From: an uncultured Eubacteriales bacterium
GTDB lineage: Bacteria > Acidobacteriota > Aminicenantia > Aminicenantales > Aminicenantaceae
Reading direction: 5' to 3'
NCBI GenBank assembly: GCA_964456985.1
Contig: CAYWDH010000005.1
Span: 17,247-81,246, forward strand
DNA: 64,000 nt
Below the pieces are notes generated by a model. The model was not told the origin of the DNA. It was given only the letters and a program-made list of their open reading frames with translations, and did no database searches. The stretch's first letter is position 1. Every line of letters begins with the position of its first letter. Made by a program: the position numbers and the translations under genes. Below are positions 10,901-19,130 of the stretch, piece after piece.

Positions 10901-10906
10901 CAGTAA
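7904..10906 (+). CDS. TPR-repeat plus CHAT (caspase-like protease) domain protein, exported and C-terminally membrane-anchored
   Basis: Multiple TPRs (NNIG..Y...G.Y..AL); CHAT dyad intact (IHLATHS; LSACETG); HPYYWAGF; N-terminal signal and C-terminal hydrophobic helix followed by a basic tail. Confidence 0.92.
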   Translation: MCVLKKLFALNITCFLLFSYTFPANKSAPEPNPEVLYSECFSSGEKAQLKGDFEKSLDLFEQSLTLARNIKSLEKELDSLGKIALMLWNKGEYEESTQKYSEALSLAKKNKDPVRQNQMETIITINNLYSKGIRLQKQDTFQQSIDTLEKAVSLCRENGLKEHELKCLRYLSYSYYETGSYLDFKKLNEQALTIAKKINHNKEIGKCSNNIGIYHLKYKNYSQALLYYEESLNIAKEYNNKLEIANCSNNIGIIYKNIGNYDKALDYFNKALVIDREFGDELYIAIDLNGIGTVYRNLGLSSEKKEYFEKALDNYNECLGLFRKMKDLKKEVVVLNNIGSVYSDLYEYFGDENHFHQAQRTFEEALKKAETLKDNESMGMILNNIGIIHSNKGNFDESTKYFQEAIDLALKIEGGKILWEAYLELAQVYRKQNRIKEAREYFNRSISIIEDIRSNIKLEELKASFLGSYKRMKAYHGLIHILFSLNKQEPGENHDREAFDFLERAKARAFLDRLELSQVNISQYIDFKLQNQEKELMKDISGIYQKLLDSDLTSQESVNLHEELTKKEDELETLKRKIRNTSPAYANLRYPEIISLKNAQKMLDKKTAFFEYLISEESSYLFVVTKDKLNIYSLPDREQVQALVSNYIRKISDRENSDFAEGYTLYEDLVSPGLKNKDIKKIIFIPDDILNFLPFEALITEPDSKKWLIRDFNMAYCPSISSLQEIIKRKKANGYKRHKDLLALGDPYFKSIQNGNNGRQILGQFDFQRLKYSGTEIDRISSLFKDAKKTVLKRNKATEETLKKTNLEDYKIIHLATHSLIDDKRPFRSSIILALDDNPQEDGFLQTREIYNISMNSDLVVLSACETGLGQFIKGEGIEGINRSFFYAGSSAVLMSLWQVNDQATYQLMERFYTHLRSSKSIIDSLRKTKLELIDSEALSHPYYWAGFIASGKTDQKVFLSSTPYIILIGTALLAALIFFFFLSRKHKIALTSRNPQNFQ

Positions 10907-10926
10907 TATCATAATTAAAATGAAAG

Positions 10927-10991
10927 AGCCCATGACTCTGGATCATGGAATCTGGATCCGAACATACGACCTACTGATTACGAATCAGTTG
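10927..10991 (-). pseudogene. Degenerate 3' fragment of tRNA-Thr(CGT), left att junction
   Basis: 25 bp cgacctactgattacgaatcagttg identical to 25583-25607 (anticodon arm, CGT); remnants of T-arm (ggatccgaac) and acceptor strand (agcccatg). Confidence 0.75.
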
Positions 10992-11084
10992 ATTTTTCCA
11001 GTTTTTTCCTCTGTTATATGGGGTAGTCAGTTAAAAGCCTTTTGCCAATTATAGCCGTAATTGGGCGTTTTTAGTCAAAATCTG
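10967..11084. repeat. Direct repeat A, copy 1 (att core plus P-arm)
   Basis: Aligns by eye to 25583-25700 (both 118 bp); includes gccaattatagccgtaatt(g/a)ggcgttttta(g/t)tcaaaatctg. Confidence 0.9.
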
Positions 11085-11173
11085 TGACATATTTGTGACA
11101 TGGGAGAGGTCTATTTTTTTCCAATTTGATTTATGATATATTATATACATCAGAAAAATGAAAGGGTGGTACT

Positions 11174-13192
11174 ATGACTGAACTTGTTTGGCAAGGCAAG
11201 TATAATAATGATTTAAAAACGTCTCCTGTACGTATAGCATTGCCATTCCAAACTATTGAGACAATAAATGAAAGTACTCAACAACGGCAAAAAACATTAG
11301 AATTGTTTGCTTTAGGAAAAGAAACTGATTGGCGGAATAGATTAATTTGGGGAGATAAAAAATATGTATTACCTTCCCTTATGCCGGAATTTGCTAATAA
11401 GTTAAAACTAATTTATATTGACCCTCCTTTTGATACAGGGGCAGATTTTTCTTTTAAAGCCAAAATACCTGATAATCCACAGACTGAGGAAGATGAAACA
11501 ACAACATTTATTAAACAACCAAGCATTATTGAACAAAAAGCCTACCGTGATACTTGGGGTAAAGGGTTACAATCATATCTTCAATGGTTTTATGAAACAA
11601 TTGCTCTTCTTTATGAACTGCTATCTGAAGATGGTAGTATTTATATTCATATTGATTGGCATATTGGACATTATGCAAAGATAATATTAGATGAAGTATT
11701 TGGATACGATTCATTTAAAGCTGAAATATGTTGGAAAAAAACTACTAAAACTACTTCCTTTAAAAACTATGGTTCAGAACATGATGTAATACTTTATTAT
11801 GTAAAGTCTCCAGATAATTATATTTTCAATCAGGTCTTTAAACCCTTGAAAAAGTCAGAATTATTAACTAAGTACAGATATTTAGAAAGGCCTAATGGTG
11901 AAATTATAACTCTTAACAAAGAACAAAGAGAAGGAAGAAATTTACCTGAAGGCAGACGATTAAGAGGTATCCCATTAACAAATATGAATCCTAATCGTCC
12001 AAATTTAAAATATGAATTCTTAGGTCACACAAGAGTATGGGCTGCGAGTAAAAAAAGGCTAATGAAATTATATAAGGAAGGGAGAATATTCCAAATAGGC
12101 AATAGCCTTCCAAAGAAAAAAGGATATTTAGACGAAAATAAAGGAGCAAAAGTCAACGATGTCTGGGATGATATTAATCCAGTTAATTCGCAAGCGAAAG
12201 AGAGGACTGGTTATGACACACAAAAACCTGAAAAGCTTTTAGAAAGAATTATCTCAGTTTCTACAAATCCAGGTGATTTAGTACTTGATTGTTTTGTTGG
12301 TTCTGGAACTACAGCAGCAATTTCAGAAAAATTGGAGAGGAGATGGATTGCTTGTGATTTGGGGCGTTTTGCAATTCATACCTCACGTAAACGCCTACTT
12401 GAACTTGACAATTTAAAACCTTTTGTAGTTCAAAATCTTGGAAAATATGAACTTCAACACTGGATAGATGCAAAATTTTCTCGTTCTAAAAATCGTTTCA
12501 TTCAGGAAAAAGCATATAAGAATTTTATAATTGAACTTTATCATGCTCAACCAATTACAGGTTACAATTATCTACACGGTATAAAATCAGGAAGGATGAT
12601 TCATGTTGGTTCAGTAGATGCTCCTGTTTCTCTTGGAGATATAAAAGCGTGTATAAAAGAATTTTGGAAATCAGTTGGTAAGTCTCCTGATATCAAAAAA
12701 AATGGAATTGATATTTTAGGGTGGGACTTTGCCTTTGAAATAAATGAGACTGCTAAACAAATTGCTTCTGAAAATAAAATTGACCTAAAATTTAGAAAAA
12801 TACCACGTGAAGTTTTAGATAAAAAAGCAGTTGAACAAGGAGATATAAAATTTTTTGAGATGGCATGCTTAGATATAAAACTCAATCAGAGTGGAAAAAA
12901 TGTTACCCTTAAGCTCAATAATTTTGTTGTTCCTCCTGATGATTTACCTAAGGATGTTCAAAAAAATATCACTCATTGGCGTCAATGGATTGATTATTGG
13001 GCAATTGATTGGAATTACAGAGATGATACTTTCCACAATGAATGGCAAAGCTATCGTACAAAAAATGACTCACAGATTGAATTGCAAGTTACTCATAACT
13101 ACAGTGAACTAGGCCAATACATGATATTAGTTAAGGTAATCGATATTCTCGGGAATGATACCACTAAAATGCTAAAAAATGATATAAAATAA
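11174..13192 (+). CDS. Type III restriction-modification methyltransferase (Mod-like, N6-adenine)
   Basis: IYIDPPF catalytic motif precedes DCFVGSGTT SAM-binding motif (beta class); TQKPEKLL; overlaps the helicase gene by 1 nt. Confidence 0.88.
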   Translation: MTELVWQGKYNNDLKTSPVRIALPFQTIETINESTQQRQKTLELFALGKETDWRNRLIWGDKKYVLPSLMPEFANKLKLIYIDPPFDTGADFSFKAKIPDNPQTEEDETTTFIKQPSIIEQKAYRDTWGKGLQSYLQWFYETIALLYELLSEDGSIYIHIDWHIGHYAKIILDEVFGYDSFKAEICWKKTTKTTSFKNYGSEHDVILYYVKSPDNYIFNQVFKPLKKSELLTKYRYLERPNGEIITLNKEQREGRNLPEGRRLRGIPLTNMNPNRPNLKYEFLGHTRVWAASKKRLMKLYKEGRIFQIGNSLPKKKGYLDENKGAKVNDVWDDINPVNSQAKERTGYDTQKPEKLLERIISVSTNPGDLVLDCFVGSGTTAAISEKLERRWIACDLGRFAIHTSRKRLLELDNLKPFVVQNLGKYELQHWIDAKFSRSKNRFIQEKAYKNFIIELYHAQPITGYNYLHGIKSGRMIHVGSVDAPVSLGDIKACIKEFWKSVGKSPDIKKNGIDILGWDFAFEINETAKQIASENKIDLKFRKIPREVLDKKAVEQGDIKFFEMACLDIKLNQSGKNVTLKLNNFVVPPDDLPKDVQKNITHWRQWIDYWAIDWNYRDDTFHNEWQSYRTKNDSQIELQVTHNYSELGQYMILVKVIDILGNDTTKMLKNDIK

Positions 13193-15759
13193 TGCCGAAA
13201 AAAAGAACAGCAAAAAATCAAAAATATCTTTTTGATATTAAAGAATATCTCTCCACAGCTCATTGTGTCCCTGCTATAAGGGAAGCAGTGGCTGAATGGA
13301 GAGAAGGAGGATATAAAGGAATCACTAAAACCACAAAAGAGCTTCTAAACTTCTGGTTCTATTCAGACCATATATTACCAAACGGCAATAAATTTAGTTA
13401 TTATTTATGTCAACAAGAAGCTATTGAAACGATAATTTACCTTTACGAAATAGAAAATGTCAGAACGAGAAAAGACTTATTAGAGCGTTTCGCATTTAGT
13501 ACAAAAGACTTGCGTCTTCCTCCAATTGATAAGTTTGGTCGATACTGTATTAAAATGGCTACAGGAACTGGAAAAACAAAGGTAATGGCATTAGCTATAG
13601 TGTGGCAATACTTAAACGCAGTCAGAGAGGATGATAATAAATTTGCCAAAACATTTCTTATTATAGCTCCAAACGTAATTGTGTTTGACCGATTAAAAGT
13701 TGATTTTCACGGAGGCAGAATATTTAAAACAGACCCTATGTTTCCAAAACACTTTGAATTATTCTGGGATTTTCAATTTTATATGCGTGGAGATAGCGAA
13801 AGAGCCAGCAGTGATGGTGCCCTTTATCTTACTAATATCCAACAATTTTATGAACGGCCTTCAAAAATTAAAACTGAAGAGCCAGAAGTTTTAACTACTC
13901 TATTAGGTTCGAACCCGAAAAAACAAATATCAGAAATTACTGATTTTAATAAGCGTATCACAAAACGTAGTGGACTTTTAATGGTTCTAAATGATGAAGC
14001 CCACCATACTCATGATGAAAACAATGAGTGGAATAAAGCTATTCACAAAATTCATGATATTAGGAATGTATCTTTACAGCTTGATTTTTCTGCAACTCCG
14101 AGATACTCAAAAGGCTCTCTATTTGCATGGACTATTTATGATTATCCGCTTAAACAGGCTATTGTCGATAACCTCGTGAAACGTCCAATAAAAGGGATTT
14201 CAGAAATTGAGGAAGCAAAGTCAGAAATTTCTAGCGTAAAATATGTAGGATTTCTTACAGCAGCTGTTGAAAGATGGAGAGAATATCGCACTCAATTAAA
14301 GCATTTATCAAAAAGTCCAGTTCTCTTTATTATGATGGCAAATACAAAAGAAGCAGATGAAATTGGAGATTGGATTCAGTCCAAGTATCCATCAGATTTT
14401 GGAGGCAATAAAACATTAATTATTCATACGAAATCATCGGGAGAAATAACCCAAAGAGATTTAGAAAAAGCCAGAAGAGTTGCTCGAGAAGTTGACCGAG
14501 ACGAATCTCCTGTAAATGCAATAGTAAGTGTTCTTATGTTAAGAGAAGGTTGGGATGTTAAAAATGTAACCGTAGTTTTAGGTTTAAGACCATATACGGC
14601 TAAGGCAAATATTTTGCCTGAACAGACTATTGGGAGAGGTTTGAGAATGATGTTTAAGGGATATGCGTCCTCTTATGAAGAACGAGTTGATATTATCGGA
14701 AATTCAGCTTTTCTTGAATTTGTAGATGACTTAGAAATTCTTGAAGAACTAACACTTGAAACCTTTGAGGTTGGAAAAGAAAAACTGAAAATTTCAACCA
14801 TTATGCCAGTTGATAAGAAAAACAACTATGATATTGGAATCCCTGATATTTCGCCCACATTAGCTCGAAAAAAATCTTTATCTGAAGAAATAAATAATTT
14901 AGATGTAATGTCGTTTGACATTAATCCTTTGCCACTTAAAGAAAAAGGAGAGGAGGAGATAAAAACATTTATTTATGAGGGTAGAGATATTTTAACTGAT
15001 GAGAAATTATTAGAAAGAGAATATGAAATACCAAAATCTCAAACCCCAGAAGAAGTTATTGGATATTATGCGAAAAGAATTGCTCAAAATGTTAAATTGC
15101 CATCCCAGTTTGCATCTCTCGTCCCCAAAATAAGAGAATTTTTTAAGAAAAAAGCATTTGGCAAAATAGTTAATTTAAATGATGACGTTGTGATTCAATC
15201 AATGAGTACAAATGTAGCAAGTTACGTTGTATTGAAAGAATTTGAGAAAGCAATAAGAGACCTAATCATAGAAGAGAAAAAGCCTGAACTTTTAGCACCA
15301 AATAGATATTTATCTGCAACCACACCTTTTCCTTTTTCAAAAATAATTATGAAAGCGAGTAAATCTGTATTTAACTATGTTACTTGTGATAATAAATATG
15401 AAGAGTCATTTGCCAAATTTCTTCAATCTGCAAATGATGTAGCTGCTTTTGCAAAGCTTCCAGAACAATTCGGTTTCTGTATTCAATATACAGATAAACG
15501 GGCAAATATTCGTCATTATTACCCCGATTTTGTGACAAGACTTATAGATAATAAACATTGGTTGATAGAAACAAAAGGAAGAGAAGATATTGAAGTAAAA
15601 CTAAAGGATAAAGCAGCAAGGAATTGGTGCGAAAATGCGAGTTTTTTTACGGAAATTGATTGGAATTACATGAAAGTATTACAGAAAGATTTTGATAACT
15701 TGCATCCATCTTGCTTTAATGAATTAAAAAATGCATTGTTTCATCCTGAATTAATTTAA
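13192..15759 (+). CDS. Type III restriction endonuclease subunit (Res-like SF2 helicase plus PD-(D/E)xK nuclease)
   Basis: MATGTGKT Walker A, DEAHH, SATP, LREGWD, EQTIGRGLR, and C-terminal PDF...IETKG. Confidence 0.9.
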   Translation: MPKKRTAKNQKYLFDIKEYLSTAHCVPAIREAVAEWREGGYKGITKTTKELLNFWFYSDHILPNGNKFSYYLCQQEAIETIIYLYEIENVRTRKDLLERFAFSTKDLRLPPIDKFGRYCIKMATGTGKTKVMALAIVWQYLNAVREDDNKFAKTFLIIAPNVIVFDRLKVDFHGGRIFKTDPMFPKHFELFWDFQFYMRGDSERASSDGALYLTNIQQFYERPSKIKTEEPEVLTTLLGSNPKKQISEITDFNKRITKRSGLLMVLNDEAHHTHDENNEWNKAIHKIHDIRNVSLQLDFSATPRYSKGSLFAWTIYDYPLKQAIVDNLVKRPIKGISEIEEAKSEISSVKYVGFLTAAVERWREYRTQLKHLSKSPVLFIMMANTKEADEIGDWIQSKYPSDFGGNKTLIIHTKSSGEITQRDLEKARRVAREVDRDESPVNAIVSVLMLREGWDVKNVTVVLGLRPYTAKANILPEQTIGRGLRMMFKGYASSYEERVDIIGNSAFLEFVDDLEILEELTLETFEVGKEKLKISTIMPVDKKNNYDIGIPDISPTLARKKSLSEEINNLDVMSFDINPLPLKEKGEEEIKTFIYEGRDILTDEKLLEREYEIPKSQTPEEVIGYYAKRIAQNVKLPSQFASLVPKIREFFKKKAFGKIVNLNDDVVIQSMSTNVASYVVLKEFEKAIRDLIIEEKKPELLAPNRYLSATTPFPFSKIIMKASKSVFNYVTCDNKYEESFAKFLQSANDVAAFAKLPEQFGFCIQYTDKRANIRHYYPDFVTRLIDNKHWLIETKGREDIEVKLKDKAARNWCENASFFTEIDWNYMKVLQKDFDNLHPSCFNELKNALFHPELI

Positions 15760-15864
15760 CTCTCAGTATTCTGACCATATTCTGATAGATTTTAGTAGAG
15801 GGGAAACTGGCGTCCCAGGTATGCTGGCTTCTCTAAATCTAATATTTGTAATTAAGGAGGAACA

Positions 15865-16311
15865 ATGAAGATTGAAGCAGAGAAATATGAAGTCATTTTT
15901 GGCTCTAATTTTATATCAGAATGTCCAAGAGTGATTAAATTAATTGGGAAAGGAATAAATAAACAAATCATGAGGTTCAGAGAAGGTGAAGATGGGAAAA
16001 TTCTATTTGATTGTACTGTTAAAGATAAAAAAGGAAATACAGTTACTAGGATTGCAAACAGCTTAACTCAGTATGTTATGAAAGGATATAAAACCCAAAT
16101 TACTGATGATGGGATTAAAGTAATAAATAAAAATACAGGAGATATTTGGTTAGAGTTCGCTTTTGTGAGCCCAAGAAAATTTAAGTTAAATGGGATTTTT
16201 TTCTTGCCAGGATACAAAATAGTTGCAACTGATGAATATTTAGAAATCAACACAAATAGGATTTCTAACTGTAAGTTTTCAAGCTGTTCTGCCGCGATAG
16301 GGCTTGTTTAG
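15865..16311 (+). CDS. Hypothetical protein
   Basis: RBS aaggagg; 148 aa with beta-rich pattern; no family recognised. Confidence 0.75.
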   Translation: MKIEAEKYEVIFGSNFISECPRVIKLIGKGINKQIMRFREGEDGKILFDCTVKDKKGNTVTRIANSLTQYVMKGYKTQITDDGIKVINKNTGDIWLEFAFVSPRKFKLNGIFFLPGYKIVATDEYLEINTNRISNCKFSSCSAAIGLV

Positions 16312-16329
16312 AGTTTTCCTTGAGGCAAG

Positions 16330-16370
16330 GGGAAGCCAGAGACTTTTTAACTCTGGCCTCCCAGATTTTT
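16330..16370 (+). terminator. Intrinsic terminator
   Basis: gggaagccagag...ctctggcctccc stem followed by a T-run. Confidence 0.65.
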
Positions 16371-16462
16371 AATAGACAACGTTACGCTGGAAAATAGCCT
16401 CATAATAGAGGACACACGAAAGTGGAAAAATTTCTCATAAAGGAACCAACAACTAGATTTTA

Positions 16463-17185
16463 ATGTCTCAGAAAAAATCAACAATAGAAATTAAATATTT
16501 ACTTGAAAGAAATACAGGAGTATTTAAGTTTGTTAATCATGACAAAAATGTAATTAAAATTGCTGTGAATCATGGCTGGCTTCCTGGAGCACGTTATACA
16601 CATTTGAGGAACATTAAAATATTTAATAGGTTAGGTTTTCTTGATATTGACTGGAAAAGATATGATTTCAAAAGGCATTTAAAGGCAACGAAAATGACTA
16701 GACCTTTTATGACAGTAGCACGAGATGTTCTAGATAAAAGAGAGCTAAATAAAATTATAGATGAAGCTTTCTCCTTACAAAAATATGCTAAAATAGTTAT
16801 AATAGTTCCGAAAGATAGAAAATTATCATGTCATATAAATAATATAATACCTAAGAATTTTTTATTGGGTTTTAGCGTTACCAGTTCATATGGGGAAACA
16901 AATATTGAACCTAAATACTTTAATAGGCCAGTCCATCTCCTCGGTGGTCGTCCAGAGGTTCAACGCAATCTTGCAAATTTGATGCCAGTAGTGTCATTTG
17001 ACAACAATAGATTCACTCTAGATGCTATCTATGGAGATTACTTTGATGGGCAAATATTTCGACCCCATCCTAATGGAGGTTATATAAGTTGCATTAGAGA
17101 TTCAATAATAAATATAAATAGATTGTGGGAGGATTACAAACCTCCTTATTGGGAATATTCTACAAACTTTAAATTGGAGACATAA
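16463..17185 (+). CDS. DUF6610-like protein with motifs reminiscent of a TGT-type TIM barrel
   Basis: GFLDIDWK, VARD, VHLLGG and SFDNN motifs; family recalled from memory, not searched. Confidence 0.55.
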   Translation: MSQKKSTIEIKYLLERNTGVFKFVNHDKNVIKIAVNHGWLPGARYTHLRNIKIFNRLGFLDIDWKRYDFKRHLKATKMTRPFMTVARDVLDKRELNKIIDEAFSLQKYAKIVIIVPKDRKLSCHINNIIPKNFLLGFSVTSSYGETNIEPKYFNRPVHLLGGRPEVQRNLANLMPVVSFDNNRFTLDAIYGDYFDGQIFRPHPNGGYISCIRDSIININRLWEDYKPPYWEYSTNFKLET

Positions 17186-17187
17186 TT

Positions 17188-17862
17188 ATGGACGACAAGG
17201 AAAAATTCCGTAGAGAATTTTTAATTAATATGTACAACCAAATGTTTAATGATATTAATAGGCATATTACTGTCACTTGGCAATCTATTACTACCTTTGT
17301 TGGTGCATTCGCTATTTTTGCCTTAGCAGAGAGAGAAATTATAAGTGTTGACATTGCTTCTACTTTAGTTGTCTTAATATGTGGCTGGCTCATAGCACAC
17401 GTCATTGACGCTTCATATTGGTATAATAGAAATCTCGCTATTATTGCAAACATAGAAAAGGAGTTTTTAGAAAAAGATGATTTATGGAAAATTCATTATT
17501 ATTTCGGTCAACACAGACCTAAAAATAGAATGATTCACCATCTAAAAATACAATTTTTTTTCGGACTAACCCTAGGATTATCTATACTAATTTTCCATTT
17601 TCTTACAATAGTAATTCCAAGTTTATATTTTTCATTAAGTTTAAAAAGTATAGATTTGAGTAAATGGTTTCCCTATATAGCTCTTATTGTTATTTCAATT
17701 TATATTGTTTGGGTGATAAGACATAGGTCATCAAGTTATAAGGAATTTCTAAAAAATTCACCTGGGATAAAGGTTGATACAACAGACATTATTTATGGAA
17801 AAGGTCATGCATTTGGATTTATGAGAAAAATCAAGAGAAAAAAAAATGAGGAAAGTATATAG
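17188..17862 (+). CDS. Multi-pass membrane protein, candidate defence effector
   Basis: About four hydrophobic segments; begins 2 nt after the preceding stop codon. Confidence 0.7.
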   Translation: MDDKEKFRREFLINMYNQMFNDINRHITVTWQSITTFVGAFAIFALAEREIISVDIASTLVVLICGWLIAHVIDASYWYNRNLAIIANIEKEFLEKDDLWKIHYYFGQHRPKNRMIHHLKIQFFFGLTLGLSILIFHFLTIVIPSLYFSLSLKSIDLSKWFPYIALIVISIYIVWVIRHRSSSYKEFLKNSPGIKVDTTDIIYGKGHAFGFMRKIKRKKNEESI

Positions 17863-17927
17863 AGGAATATAAATTCTATTTCCTAGTCAATGATGAAAAT
17901 ATATGAAAAGAAAATACATGTCTTGAA

Positions 17928-18137
17928 TTGAAAAAGGAGGAACTCATGAAAACAGATAAAAACGTTATCAATCAAATTGAAAAATTATTAGAGAGATATG
18001 AAATTGAAGTTGAGGAAAAAAGAAAGAATGGGATATTAAAGGACAAGACAGCATATACTTATCTCCGGCACGCCAATACTTTCGTTAGATGGTGCAAAGA
18101 TGATTTCATCCCAGGCGAAAGAAATATAAATAAATGA
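17928..18137 (+). CDS. Small hypothetical protein (integrase N-terminal SAM-like flavour)
   Basis: TAYTYLRHANTFVRWC motif. Start may instead be the ATG at 17946, which has RBS aggagg. Confidence 0.6.
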   Translation: MKKEELMKTDKNVINQIEKLLERYEIEVEEKRKNGILKDKTAYTYLRHANTFVRWCKDDFIPGERNINK

Positions 18138-18214
18138 GAGTTAAGGAAGCTCGAAAGGAATAATGGCTTTTGAGATAGGCGAAAGAAGAAACAGGAAATT
18201 CTCACTAAATTTAA

Positions 18215-18457
18215 TTAGCTTTTTAGCTTTTTTTCATAAGTTCGTATAAAGTCTATAAATTTAATATCCAAACCACGACAGATTGTCATAAGTTCAACAA
18301 TATCTAACCTTCGTTCGCATCTTTCATATTTACTAATATATGTCTGGTCAGTTCCAATCTTTTGGGCTAACTCTAGTTGAGTCAGATTTGCAGACTTTCT
18401 GAATTTTTTTAGGCATTCTACCAAAATTTTATATTCTTCCCTATGAATAGTCTTCAC
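18215..18457 (-). CDS. XRE-family HTH regulator
   Basis: RKSANLTQLELAQKIGTDQTYISKYERCERRLD; GTG at 18457 with an upstream AAGGA is preferred over the ORF-track start at 18514. Confidence 0.88.
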   Translation of the reverse strand: MKTIHREEYKILVECLKKFRKSANLTQLELAQKIGTDQTYISKYERCERRLDIVELMTICRGLDIKFIDFIRTYEKKLKS

Positions 18458-18505
18458 TTGGAATTTCCTTAAAAACCTTGGTGTTATTAAACATGTAAAT
18501 TCAAA

Positions 18506-18552
18506 ATATGCCAAAATAGCATATTGACGAGGGAAGCAAACAAAGTTATGCT
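18506..18552 (+). promoter_or_regulatory. Promoter with overlapping palindromic operator between the divergent XRE and lipoprotein genes
   Basis: TTGACG-N17-TATGCT at 18524-18552; ATATGC-N7-GCATAT at 18506-18524. Confidence 0.6.
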
Positions 18553-18637
18553 TAAAGCAAGCAAATTAATAATCCAGTTTAAAGAGGAAAATGAAGAAAG
18601 ATTTTATAAAAATCTTCATGAAAAAAGGAGGTAAGAA

Positions 18638-19129
18638 ATGAAAAAAGGAAAAGGTGGAACCTTCATCATTGTCTTTGTACTTTCACTCTCAGTGATTATG
18701 GCCGGATGTAACCAAGCGGAGAAAGAGCGAGAAGCTCAAATCAAGCAAAAGAAAAAAGAGAGGGCGGAGACTATAGATAGAATGGAGAGTTCATTTAGAG
18801 GCATCCTTCAAGGGAGCGGGTATATATTTGCAGATGTTAACTTGATAGAAGAGGAGGAGTTTATAAACTTCTATTTTTCGTTCTGGAAACGTATGGATAA
18901 AAATGAACTGTCCAAAACTATAGGGGCTTGTATTGCGATAGTTGGAGAAGCATCAAAAGATGAAAATTGGAAATGGGGAAGAGTTTATTTCAGATATGGA
19001 GATGCATACGAAGGGGAAAAATTGGGTTGGATTACTTCTTATAATTGTAGAGAGGCTCTTAAACATGAGGACAATCCAGAGCAAATGAGAAAGATAATAT
19101 CCGAGAATTGGCATGATTGGATAGATTAA
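18638..19129 (+). CDS. Putative lipoprotein
   Basis: RBS aggaggt; signal peptide with MAG-C lipobox. Confidence 0.72.
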   Translation: MKKGKGGTFIIVFVLSLSVIMAGCNQAEKEREAQIKQKKKERAETIDRMESSFRGILQGSGYIFADVNLIEEEEFINFYFSFWKRMDKNELSKTIGACIAIVGEASKDENWKWGRVYFRYGDAYEGEKLGWITSYNCREALKHEDNPEQMRKIISENWHDWID

Positions 19130-19130
19130 G

